Origin: Candidatus Poribacteria bacterium
Lineage (GTDB): Bacteria; Poribacteria; WGA-4E; WGA-3G
NCBI GenBank assembly: GCA_965205015.1
Contig: OZ242029.1
Span: 384,001 to 448,000, forward strand
Direction of reading: 5' to 3'
DNA length: 64,000 bases
Shown: positions 21,039 through 30,532 of the stretch, one piece after another
Position numbering within the stretch: position 1 is the stretch's first letter
Layout: each line of letters begins with the position of its first letter
The notes under the pieces: model-generated
The model's input: the letters and a program-made list of their open reading frames with translations, nothing else
What the model was told of the DNA's origin: nothing
Database searches by the model: none
Made by a program: the position numbers and the translations under genes

Positions 21039-21482
21039 ATGCTAATCGCAGACCTAAATGAAATTGAAGGACGCACCTATCCCGCTCGTAGACGCACCAA
21101 AAATCTCGTCGGCGGTGCATCCCCGATCCAGATAGATGAATTCTGTATGGGGTTCGTCGTCTTAGAGCCAAACGGTGGACAAGTGCCGTGGCATAACCAC
21201 GAACAGGAAGAGATCTACTTCATCGTTGAAGGTGAAGGCGAAATGTGCCTCGGAGAGGAACGCCATACCCTCTCCACGGGTCAGACTGTCTTTATTCCGT
21301 CGTGGGTTTTCCACCAATTGACGAACACCAGCGATACACCGATGAAGATGGTCTATTGTTACGGACCCGCAGGCGATGTGGCGCATTGGAAACAGGAGCT
21401 CGCCGGTACACTCCCGAAAGCCGGCGTTGACGCACCCCCACTCCCTGAAGGCGCAGCCCCCCAATGCACTGATAAACCTTAG
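21039..21482 (+). CDS. Cupin-domain protein
   Basis: PWHNHEQEEIYFIVEGEG and IPSWVFHQL cupin motifs. Confidence 0.85.
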   Translation: MLIADLNEIEGRTYPARRRTKNLVGGASPIQIDEFCMGFVVLEPNGGQVPWHNHEQEEIYFIVEGEGEMCLGEERHTLSTGQTVFIPSWVFHQLTNTSDTPMKMVYCYGPAGDVAHWKQELAGTLPKAGVDAPPLPEGAAPQCTDKP

Positions 21483-21522
21483 ACATATCTATCCCTTTTC
21501 ACGTGGACAAGGAGATGCACCC

Positions 21523-21924
21523 ATGAGAAAAATGAGAACGTATCGCGAGTACCTCATTGACATATTCACCGATCGCGATGAAGCGATTGCGCACCTCCAA
21601 GTCGCACTTGAAGATTACCAAACTCACGGGAATACAGACATATTTCTATTCTTGCTCGAAACCGTCGTAGAAGCCCAAGGCGGAATCTCTGAGCTTGCTA
21701 AGCAAACCGATACTAAGCCACACGTTCTTTCAGACGCGCTCACCGGGGACGATCTACCTCTAATTGACAGACTCGGAACGGTTCTTAAAACCCTTGGATA
21801 CCAGCTTTCAATCGAACCGTTAGAAGTGGGAAGCCACAACCTTGAAACTGCTACCACGGCGGGACAAGCTGCAGCAACACCTCTGTCAGAAAATCAAGAC
21901 ACACCACAGCCAGCAGCTAAATAG
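21523..21924 (+). CDS. Addiction-module antidote-like HTH protein, no adjacent toxin
   Basis: HLQVALED..FL..LETVVEAQGGISELAKQT...LKTLGYQL pattern; AGGAG RBS. Confidence 0.7.
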   Translation: MRKMRTYREYLIDIFTDRDEAIAHLQVALEDYQTHGNTDIFLFLLETVVEAQGGISELAKQTDTKPHVLSDALTGDDLPLIDRLGTVLKTLGYQLSIEPLEVGSHNLETATTAGQAAATPLSENQDTPQPAAK

Positions 21925-21934
21925 TAGGAGACCC

Positions 21935-23104
21935 ATGACCAATCATACTCAAAAAACACACCGCGTCGGCATCATCATGAACGGCGTTACCGGCAGGATG
22001 GGAACGAACCAACACCTCATCCGCTCCATCTTAGCAATCGCAGAAGAGGGGGGCATCCCGATTGGGGACGGCGAAGTGATTATGCCCGACCCATTCCTCG
22101 TCGGCAGAAATCCAGCAAAATTAGAGAAACTCTCCGAAACGACTGGTGTTGAGAAGTGGAGCACGGATCTTGACGCCGCTCTCGCCGATGACGCGTATAG
22201 CGTCTATTTCGACGCACAGGTTACATCCCGCCGCGTCGATGCGGTCGAAGCCGCAATATCCGCCGGAAAACACATCTATTGCGAAAAACCGACGGCTACG
22301 ACCACTGCTGATGCGTATCGCCTCTATGAACAGGCGGCAAAAGCAGGACTCAAAAACGGAGTCGTTCAGGACAAACTCTGGCTACCCGGTATCCAGAAAC
22401 TGAAACGCTTGATAGACGCTGACTTCTTCGGACGAATTATCGCCGTCCGTGGCGAGTTCGGCTACTGGGTCTTCCAAGGCGATGCGATCCCCACGCAACG
22501 TCCCTCGTGGAACTATCGGGTCGAAGACGGCGGCGGCATTATCCTCGATATGTTCAGTCACTGGCGATACGTCATCGACAATCTTTTCGGTGCCGTTAAA
22601 GGCGTCTCCTGTATCGCCGCTACGCATCTCCCGCAGCGGTGGGATGAAGAAGGTAAACCTTATGCCTGTACCGCTGAAGATGCCGCCTACGCGACGTTTG
22701 AATTGGAGAACGGAATCATCGCACATTTCAACTCATCTTGGGCAGTCAGGGTCCGCCGCGACGATCTGCTGACGATACACGTGGACGGTTTGAACGGGTC
22801 TGCGATTGTGGGTTTAAGAGATTGCTGGATCCAGCCGCTCTCTGGCACCCCGCGCCCCGTCTGGAATCCCGACATCGAACAACCGATCAAATTCTTCGAT
22901 GGATGGCTCAAGGTTCCCGAGCAGGAGGATTATGAGAACGCCTTTAGAGCGCAGTGGGAACTCTTCCTCCGACACGTCGTCGCCGATGAACCCTTCCCAT
23001 GGACGCTGCTCGCAGGCGCGAAGGGTGTGCAATTAGCAGAAAAAGGCATGGAATCGTGGCAGACCCGCAAATGGGTGGAATTGCCGGAACTCTCGACGCT
23101 CTAA
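21935..23104 (+). CDS. Gfo/Idh/MocA-family oxidoreductase
   Basis: GIIMNGVTGRMG, GKHIYCEKP, GGGIILDM. Confidence 0.9.
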   Translation: MTNHTQKTHRVGIIMNGVTGRMGTNQHLIRSILAIAEEGGIPIGDGEVIMPDPFLVGRNPAKLEKLSETTGVEKWSTDLDAALADDAYSVYFDAQVTSRRVDAVEAAISAGKHIYCEKPTATTTADAYRLYEQAAKAGLKNGVVQDKLWLPGIQKLKRLIDADFFGRIIAVRGEFGYWVFQGDAIPTQRPSWNYRVEDGGGIILDMFSHWRYVIDNLFGAVKGVSCIAATHLPQRWDEEGKPYACTAEDAAYATFELENGIIAHFNSSWAVRVRRDDLLTIHVDGLNGSAIVGLRDCWIQPLSGTPRPVWNPDIEQPIKFFDGWLKVPEQEDYENAFRAQWELFLRHVVADEPFPWTLLAGAKGVQLAEKGMESWQTRKWVELPELSTL

Positions 23105-23170
23105 AGCCTGTTGATGTTTAGTACAAAAAATGGGGAAATCCGCTGAAAAAACCATACACACCCCATACCT

Positions 23171-23199
23171 TTGACAATTGGCTTTTTGCATGATATAAT
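23171..23199 (+). promoter_or_regulatory. Sigma-70 promoter
   Basis: TTGACA-17 nt-TATAAT with extended TG. Confidence 0.75.
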
Positions 23200-23257
23200 T
23201 TCCAATGAATTACTGATTTTAACGCGTCTCTCACAATTCGGCGCAAAGATAGGGCAA

Positions 23258-23522
23258 ATGCAGAAACGCATCTACATTGAAACAACAATTCCAAGTTTCT
23301 ACTATACTTTTTGGAGACGCGTTTCACTTGGCAGTTGCTTCATTTCATAAGGTTGACGCGCTACTCACGTGGAATTTAGCACATCTTGCTAATCCTAATA
23401 AACTGGATCTCATTACGCAAATTAATCAAAAATTCGGATTATCTACACCAGAATTAGTTACACCTCTGGATGATTTAGGAGGCACTGACGCAAATGGCAC
23501 GGACATCTCCGGAAGTAAGTGA
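23258..23522 (+). pseudogene. PIN-domain (VapC-like) gene with internal deletion and frameshift
   Basis: MQKRIYIETTIPSFYY N-terminus joined out of frame to DAFHLAVA..VDALLTWN..HLAN C-terminus; the middle is missing. Confidence 0.75.
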
Positions 23523-23712
23523 AATTATTAAGGAAGTGCGCAGGATTCGGCATGAGATTTCAGCGGAATTTGGACACGATCCCCATAAGTTTGGTGAATA
23601 TTGCCGTGAGCTAGAAAAGGAACTACGCAAATCTGGGAAATATAAGTTCGCTAAGTCTCCCGATCAGAAACCTGAGACGCCAGAATCATCTGGCAATGCA
23701 GCAGCAGATTAA
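23494..23712 (+). CDS. Small protein following the PIN gene, possible antitoxin
   Basis: GGAGG RBS; IIKEVRRIRHEISAEFGHD motif typical of short PIN-associated proteins. Confidence 0.6.
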   Translation: MARTSPEVSEIIKEVRRIRHEISAEFGHDPHKFGEYCRELEKELRKSGKYKFAKSPDQKPETPESSGNAAAD

Positions 23713-23745
23713 CGGATCACCTAAACATGCCGTTGAGGATGGTCC

Positions 23746-24825
23746 ATGAATCTTTCTAAGTTCACCCGGATAGGTGCACTCACTTTAGCAGTTTTGCACA
23801 TTGTCGTCTTCATAAGTGGCTGTGAAGTGGTTACCGAATTCACCAATGACCCCCCTACAATCACCTATTTCACGGTCCCAGCAGAGGTCGAGTACGGTGA
23901 AACCGTCGAATTCAAAGTCGGGGCGTATGATGCGGAAGACGAGCCTTTGACCTATTCATGGGAAGTATCTGCTGGAAGGTTGACGAACCCTGCCGAACCC
24001 GAGGTCGAATGGACGGCTCCTGAACTTCCGCCCGGGGAAGTAGTTCTGTCGGAAGTGGTACGCGTTGATGTCTCTGTACAGGATAGTGGTGAGGAAGAGA
24101 CCTCTCAAACGGGATCAATTACCGTCCTTTCAAAAACATATAGGCTCATTGAAACACTCATTGGCACTTATACCCTCATTTCCAAGCGGGTTCAGGGGGC
24201 TCGGGTCGAAGAAACGGGTGTCTTGCGACTCACGCCCACCACGTTTACACGGGAATTCCGATCTCCCGTAGGCGGTGGCGATCAGGTCATCGCCGGTTCC
24301 TATAAACTTGTTGAACCGTTTGGCATGAAACACGGGAGGATGCATTGGCTTACGCAGGAAGATCCTGCACCTTCTGTCGCGACATATAGTTGGGAGCATC
24401 AACGCTTAGTGATCTTTTTTCCAGCCACCTCTACAGAATACGTTTACATTCGCGCGGGGACGGATCCTGGGGCAGTCGATTCAGAACCGATAAACACCGA
24501 TAAAGCCTCTCTTGAAATCACCGATGAAACATTCGTAAACAAGGTATTGAGTGCGAAATTGCCGGTTGTGGTTGAATTTAGAGCCGATTGGTCTCCTTTC
24601 TGCAAACAGATGAACCCGATCGTTGAGGCAGTCGCAGTGGGCTCCCACGACACTTTCATCGTAGGACGGTTGGATATCGATAAAAACCCTGTGACCGTCC
24701 AAGCCTATAAAGTTGATGATATTCCGACATACCTTGTGTTCCGAGACGGCAAAGAGGTCACCAAGTTCGAAGGCGTGATGCCGAAACCGGTCTTTTTGCA
24801 GAAAATTCTTGATGCGCTCAAATAG
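23746..24825 (+). CDS. Lipoprotein with Ig/PKD-like domain and C-terminal thioredoxin fold
   Basis: ISGC lipobox, DAEDEPLTYSW, VVVEFRADWSPFCK, IPT. Confidence 0.8.
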   Translation: MNLSKFTRIGALTLAVLHIVVFISGCEVVTEFTNDPPTITYFTVPAEVEYGETVEFKVGAYDAEDEPLTYSWEVSAGRLTNPAEPEVEWTAPELPPGEVVLSEVVRVDVSVQDSGEEETSQTGSITVLSKTYRLIETLIGTYTLISKRVQGARVEETGVLRLTPTTFTREFRSPVGGGDQVIAGSYKLVEPFGMKHGRMHWLTQEDPAPSVATYSWEHQRLVIFFPATSTEYVYIRAGTDPGAVDSEPINTDKASLEITDETFVNKVLSAKLPVVVEFRADWSPFCKQMNPIVEAVAVGSHDTFIVGRLDIDKNPVTVQAYKVDDIPTYLVFRDGKEVTKFEGVMPKPVFLQKILDALK

Positions 24826-24908
24826 ATTGCCATTTGTCGTTGGTGTATTCTGACGACTCAGGACAAAATCGTTTTTCATGTGGGCATATACGAGACAGGA
24901 GTTTTCAG

Positions 24909-26963
24909 ATGAAGTCACTCTCGATCGTGATCCTCGTATTTATTACACTAACGTTTGTGCCAAACACTTTCGCACAGGCAGTCCTTCAAACAACTATCCA
25001 ACGATATGAGCGAGAGGTGGTGCGGTTGATTTACTTTCGACCCAGCGATCGCCCAGACCGTGAAGACATCGACACAGAGTTAGACACAGTCATAAAATGG
25101 GCACAGTACTTCTACGCAGAACAGATGCAAACCCATGGAGACCGAAAAACCTTTGCCTTTGAAACCGAAGATACCGGTTACGCCCGGGTTCATCACGTTA
25201 CCGGAAAGTTCACGGATACATATTACCACCAAGACACCTACGACAAGGTGGTCAAGGAAGTTAGCGAGCAGTTTGATACATCAAGCAACGTCTATCTTAT
25301 CGCTGTAGATGTGAGTAGCGAATTCATTAACCATGAAGGCACCTGTGGGATGGGGGGTGGCGGTTGGATCTCATCCGATAACGAACTGTGGCGGCGAAAT
25401 TTTGGGGGCGTGGCAGTCATTCCTGCCTCTGGGATCTGCGTAAATCCGAGTGTTACCGCCCATGAACTCGGGCATGCCTTCGGATTAGAACACGATTTTC
25501 GGGACGATGCTTACCTGATGGCTTACGGGACACAAGAACGTTTGTCGCCGTGTGCCGCGGAATGGCTGGATGCGCATCGTTTCTTCAACCCTGATCCAAC
25601 CTTTTTCAATGCAGCGGCAACGGTTGAGATGCACACCCCGCGCGCTGCAGGACCAGGACCCCTCCATCTCCAATTTGAACTGACCGATGCCGATGGTCTC
25701 CATCAGGCGCAGCTGCTTGTTCCGGCTGCACCTACCGATCCCGCCCCCGGCTTGAAGCTGCATAGCTGCGCGTCGCTAAACGGCAAGGACCAAAGCGTTG
25801 AATTCGCCATGACCGACCTGACAGTTGCATCCGATAGCGAAGTAACACTTCAAGTTATTGATGTGCGTGGAAATATTATCAAACAGACGTTCCCAGTTGA
25901 GACGGATAGCGTAGCGAAGGTGCCAGATGTGTCTTCTGTTGAAGAGGATGTTGCAACAGTCAGTCTCTCGCTTTCGATACCGCCAGCAGCTATAGGGGAT
26001 CGTTTGACGCTGCCAGTCACAATTGCAGGGGGTGTAGATGTTGAGGGATATCAGATAAAAATCGAGTTCGATGTTTCCGCGCTACGGTATATCTCAAGCG
26101 CGAACGCCGATTATCTGCCTGTGGGGGCTTTTGTTGTTCCGGCATCCGTGAATGGCAATCACGTGACACTTGCGGCGACATCTCTGAGCGGTAGTAGTGA
26201 AGGGGATGGGACGCTTGCGACTGTCACATTTGAAGTGATCGCCGCCAACCCTTCACTACCGCGGTTATCAGCTGCGAAGTTGACTGACAGCAATGCCGAC
26301 TTTTTAGAGGTTCGGATTGAAAACCCGGAAGAGGTAGAACCCGCCCGGCTTGCGGGTGATGTCAACGAAGATGGTATTGTAAATCTTGAGGATATGGATG
26401 CAGCCGCGGATCGTCTGGGTCAGACGGGCGAGAATACAGCGGATATGAATGGCAATGGCGTGGTAGATGTGGCGGATTTACTTTTAATTGCAGCAGCGAT
26501 CGAACAGGCGAATGCTGCACCCTCACTGCATTCAGAAACCCTCGCGAATCTGTTCACTGCGACAGAAGTGCGCCAGTGGCTCCAACTTGCACGGCAACAA
26601 GGGCTTACAGGTGCTATGTATGGACGTGGTTTTATGTTGCTGGTGCAGCTCCTTGCGGTCTTAACCCCGACAGAGACGGCAGTATTGCCGAATTATCCGA
26701 ATCCCTTCAATCCAGAGACATGGATCCCATATCAACTGTCGTCTCCAGCAGATGTAACGGTGCATATCTATGCGATAAACGGCAGTCTCGCTCGGACGTT
26801 GGCGTTGGGACATCAGGCTGCCGGAATATATCAGTCTCGGGGGCGCGCGGCGTATTGGGACGGTAAAAACGAACTCGGTGAAACCGTCGCAAGTGGCGTG
26901 TATTTCTACACACTCACAGCAGGCGATTTTACTGCCACCCGAAAAATGTTGATACGGAAGTAA
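24909..26963 (+). CDS. Secreted zinc metalloprotease with cohesin, dockerin and FlgD/T9SS-like C-terminal domains
   Basis: AHELGHAFGLEH, cohesin-like GDGTLATVTFEV, GDVNEDGIVN dockerin, NYPNPFNPETWIPY...SGVYFY...RKMLIRK. Confidence 0.85.
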   Translation: MKSLSIVILVFITLTFVPNTFAQAVLQTTIQRYEREVVRLIYFRPSDRPDREDIDTELDTVIKWAQYFYAEQMQTHGDRKTFAFETEDTGYARVHHVTGKFTDTYYHQDTYDKVVKEVSEQFDTSSNVYLIAVDVSSEFINHEGTCGMGGGGWISSDNELWRRNFGGVAVIPASGICVNPSVTAHELGHAFGLEHDFRDDAYLMAYGTQERLSPCAAEWLDAHRFFNPDPTFFNAAATVEMHTPRAAGPGPLHLQFELTDADGLHQAQLLVPAAPTDPAPGLKLHSCASLNGKDQSVEFAMTDLTVASDSEVTLQVIDVRGNIIKQTFPVETDSVAKVPDVSSVEEDVATVSLSLSIPPAAIGDRLTLPVTIAGGVDVEGYQIKIEFDVSALRYISSANADYLPVGAFVVPASVNGNHVTLAATSLSGSSEGDGTLATVTFEVIAANPSLPRLSAAKLTDSNADFLEVRIENPEEVEPARLAGDVNEDGIVNLEDMDAAADRLGQTGENTADMNGNGVVDVADLLLIAAAIEQANAAPSLHSETLANLFTATEVRQWLQLARQQGLTGAMYGRGFMLLVQLLAVLTPTETAVLPNYPNPFNPETWIPYQLSSPADVTVHIYAINGSLARTLALGHQAAGIYQSRGRAAYWDGKNELGETVASGVYFYTLTAGDFTATRKMLIRK

Positions 26964-26980
26964 GGATCGAGAGATAGGGT

Positions 26981-29545
26981 ATGAAACTGATAAGAAACCT
27001 CTATACCTTTTCTATTCTTACATGGATAGCCGTTGGCTACCTAACACCGGTAACAGCACAGAACACCGCCGAGAACGCAAGCAAGACAGCCGCTCCGACA
27101 GATTATTTTCAACGGGTTACGCTCTTCTCGGACGGTAGAATCACGCGCTTTACACAAATGCCGATTCGCGTGCATATCTCACCAACCCTCAAGGCACTTC
27201 CCTACCTAACAGCAATACGCTACGCTATGAACGCCTGGGAATCCGCGACCGATGGGAAAATCAGGTTTCAAGAGACCGAAACCCCGGAGCAGGCAGACAT
27301 CAGCGTCACTGAAACCTATAGCGGTCGCCTGAGTTTCCTTGATACGCGACTCGGGAGTGCGGAGTTAACGCGGCTTAAAAAGAGGCATCGGCAAGATAGT
27401 TATCGGTCTTCGGTGAACGGTTATCAGTTAAAGACGGATGTGCTACACGAAAACCTCTTACCGACACCTGACGGTTTCCAACAACTGACACCCCTTCCCT
27501 CTGAAAGCCAATTCACTGTAGCGGTTATCCTGGTATTGGAAGGCGACGGCACTATCGGGGAACTGACACCAGAAGAGATGCGGACGGTGTGCCTACATGA
27601 ATTTGGACACGCTATCGGGCTATGGGGGCATAGTCCGGATACCCTTGATGTCTGTCACGCGATGGCGACCGCCCAATACCCAACCCAGCGTGATATCAAC
27701 ACCTTGCTGAAACTCTACAACACACCGCTCCATACATCACAACACGAGATCGCTATTGACCTACTCAAAAAGGAGATCCAAACGAATCCGAGACTTGCGC
27801 GTCCGCACTATCTGCTCGGTACAGTCCATTTCGATAAAGGTGATATGACACCCGCGATCGCCAATTTTCAGAATTGTCTTGGGATCGATCCTAACTTTGA
27901 ACCGGCAAGGGGCAAACTGATTCAAGCGTATGAAAAAACAGGGCAGTCGAACCAAGCGATCCGCCTCGTTGAACAGCGCGTAAAAAGCCAGCAAGGACAC
28001 CGTTCTTTCCGTGAAAGTGCTGATAACTACAACTATCTCGGCACCCTCTATTACCGACAGGGGGACGTAGACAAGGCGATAGAGGCGTTTGAAAATGTCC
28101 TGAAACGCTCGCCGCACCACAAAGTCGCAAAACGAAACCTACATCAACTCTTCCGTCAAAAAGCGTTCAACGCCTTGAAGCGCAACGCTTTCGACGAGGC
28201 AACCACATATTTTCAGAGAGCCATCCCTCTCGACCCGCAAAATGCTACCACCTATCGACTCATGGGTGACGGATATGCCCATGTCTCTCAGTTCTCCAAA
28301 GCGATTCCATACTACCAAAAGGCATTAGAAATCGCACCCGACGATGCGACAGCGCAGAAGAACCTCGTGCAGAGTTATAATAACTACGGCGTGACGCTCA
28401 GAAATAAGGGTGAATGGGACGAGGCGATTCGCGCCTATCGTAACGCATTAGAATTACAACCTGCCTATCAACTCACCAAAACAAATTTGATCGATGCGCT
28501 TTGGCAAAAAGCGAACGCCCACCGGCAATCGGGACGGACCTCCACGGCAATTACGACGTACCTCGAATTGCAGAAACTACATCCAAGCGATACGACTATC
28601 GCGAGCCTGCTTGGGGAACTGTATCTCAAAGTTCGGGACTATCCCGCAGCGATTTCGGCGTTCCACAAGGTCTACACGGAGACCCTGCCCACTGACAAAC
28701 ACGCGCAGCAGAACCTCATCGCTGCGTATCAACAATACGCACGCGCCTTGAGAAACCGGAGAGATTACAGGGCTGCCCTTGGACAACTCCAGAAGGCGGT
28801 AGACCTCTTTCCGACTGACATCAATCTCCGTTTGAACCTATCGCAGGCGTATCAACATGTCGGCAAATATGAACAGGCAGAAAGCGAATTAGAACAGATA
28901 TTGGCGCGAGACCCGGAGAATAAAAACGCAAAAACAGAACTCGTGAACCTCCAGATCCGACGTGGAAATGCCTTGATGAACCGGAAGAAATACGCAGCAG
29001 CAGCGGCTGTCTTTGAGGCGATCCCGGCATCCGAAAAAACGATAGATATGCACAACATGATCGGCTATCTCTATCTTGTGCAGGATCAGCATCTGAAGGC
29101 GTTGTCGACCTTTGAGACCGTCCTCACGAAACAGCCGAGGAATGCCGTCGCATATCAAAATCTGCTCTCCCTTGAATCGCAACTATTGGTGACTGTTGAC
29201 CAAGCGAGAACAGCGGCGCAGTCCAACACCGATACCGGTGAAGCGGCTCCAAACCCCAACACAACGCCGATCCCTCCCGACCCGACTGCGGAGAAGTTGT
29301 CGCGTGTGCAATGCGCTCTTGCAAACTGTCTACTGAATCGCAAACAGCCGAAAAATGCGATGGAGAAATACCGACAAGCGTTAAAAGCCGAACCCTACAC
29401 GCCAGAACTGCAAGCACGCCTTATTGACACCGGCAGGTGGCTCGCCAACTACTTTCAGAAGCAAAACGACACCGAGAGTTATGAGACGATTGTTCGGTGG
29501 GCAACAGCGTTGGATAGCGATTTTAGAGAATCGTTGGAGCCTTAG
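26981..29545 (+). CDS. Secreted matrixin (M10)-like metalloprotease with TPR array
   Basis: Signal peptide, LHEFGHAIGLWGHS, many TPR motifs. Confidence 0.85.
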   Translation: MKLIRNLYTFSILTWIAVGYLTPVTAQNTAENASKTAAPTDYFQRVTLFSDGRITRFTQMPIRVHISPTLKALPYLTAIRYAMNAWESATDGKIRFQETETPEQADISVTETYSGRLSFLDTRLGSAELTRLKKRHRQDSYRSSVNGYQLKTDVLHENLLPTPDGFQQLTPLPSESQFTVAVILVLEGDGTIGELTPEEMRTVCLHEFGHAIGLWGHSPDTLDVCHAMATAQYPTQRDINTLLKLYNTPLHTSQHEIAIDLLKKEIQTNPRLARPHYLLGTVHFDKGDMTPAIANFQNCLGIDPNFEPARGKLIQAYEKTGQSNQAIRLVEQRVKSQQGHRSFRESADNYNYLGTLYYRQGDVDKAIEAFENVLKRSPHHKVAKRNLHQLFRQKAFNALKRNAFDEATTYFQRAIPLDPQNATTYRLMGDGYAHVSQFSKAIPYYQKALEIAPDDATAQKNLVQSYNNYGVTLRNKGEWDEAIRAYRNALELQPAYQLTKTNLIDALWQKANAHRQSGRTSTAITTYLELQKLHPSDTTIASLLGELYLKVRDYPAAISAFHKVYTETLPTDKHAQQNLIAAYQQYARALRNRRDYRAALGQLQKAVDLFPTDINLRLNLSQAYQHVGKYEQAESELEQILARDPENKNAKTELVNLQIRRGNALMNRKKYAAAAAVFEAIPASEKTIDMHNMIGYLYLVQDQHLKALSTFETVLTKQPRNAVAYQNLLSLESQLLVTVDQARTAAQSNTDTGEAAPNPNTTPIPPDPTAEKLSRVQCALANCLLNRKQPKNAMEKYRQALKAEPYTPELQARLIDTGRWLANYFQKQNDTESYETIVRWATALDSDFRESLEP

Positions 29546-29651
29546 TGTTTTATCCATGCAGAACGTCCAGAAACGTCTTCGCTGGCGCGGTTTCATGAAG
29601 ATTAATTTATTCATTCGGTAATTTTCCTGTTCGCACGAGGTGGCTGTACCC

Positions 29652-29679
29652 CTGCTGGCGAGGTTTCCTAACCTCGCCA
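29652..29679. repeat. REP-like palindrome, identical to 14911-14938
   Basis: 28/28 identical. Confidence 0.85.
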
Positions 29680-29884
29680 TATTACCGACCTTCCCGTCTC
29701 CTTCCGTGCCGTTCACAGAAATTAGCACCATCCCTGTCATCCGCGATTCAGACAAAAATGTTGCGTTCCCCAGAAAAAGGCTGTATAATAGAACATAACC
29801 TAAACATTCCATTATCAGCAGGATGTGCATCGAGATTGTAACACCTTCTACACCGGCCAACTTGTTACAAGGGGATTCTCTCAG

Positions 29885-30490
29885 ATGGCGTATAGCAATT
29901 TTACTTTAGACACAGTGCTGGAAGCGTTCGATTTAGAAGAGGTTGATGTCGCCGGTATCTTTTCAGATATAGAACCGATAGCCCCGAGCACACTTCTCAC
30001 CACAGTGTTGGATCGAAACGTCCCATTAGCGTTTGCTATCGGTACTGAGAAGGCAAAATCAGAACTCATTGTTGCCTTCGTTCTGGTTGAGCTCCGGGAA
30101 CACTTTGAGCGACGCATCAGTTTTTTTTCTGGGATTGACTTTAACGTGAATGCCGAAGACGGGCTCACCGGGGTTTGCGATTTTCTGGTAAGTTTATCGC
30201 CGAAGCAATTCTATTTGGAAGCCCCGGCACTCATCCTTGTTGAGGCAAAAAGGGACGATCTGACAGCAGGGCTCGGGCAGTGCGTTGCGGAAATGGTGGC
30301 TGCACAACGTTTTAACGCCGAACAAGGGAATGATATCCCTTGCATCTACGGGACTATCACATCGGGCATAGATTGGCTCTTCCTCAAGTTGGAGGGAAAG
30401 AAACTCTACATTGACATGAGTGCCTATCAAATCGCGCAATGCGATATAATCCTCGGTATCCTCACAAATATGGTTGAACAAAAGGCATAG
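29885..30490 (+). CDS. Hypothetical PD-(D/E)XK restriction-like protein
   Basis: MAYSNFTL, EKAKSE, GVCDF, LVEAK, GQCVAEMVAAQ. Confidence 0.75.
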   Translation: MAYSNFTLDTVLEAFDLEEVDVAGIFSDIEPIAPSTLLTTVLDRNVPLAFAIGTEKAKSELIVAFVLVELREHFERRISFFSGIDFNVNAEDGLTGVCDFLVSLSPKQFYLEAPALILVEAKRDDLTAGLGQCVAEMVAAQRFNAEQGNDIPCIYGTITSGIDWLFLKLEGKKLYIDMSAYQIAQCDIILGILTNMVEQKA

Positions 30491-30532
30491 GGAGAATTCA
30501 TTACCTAATCGAATTTTTAACCTCACAAAACA

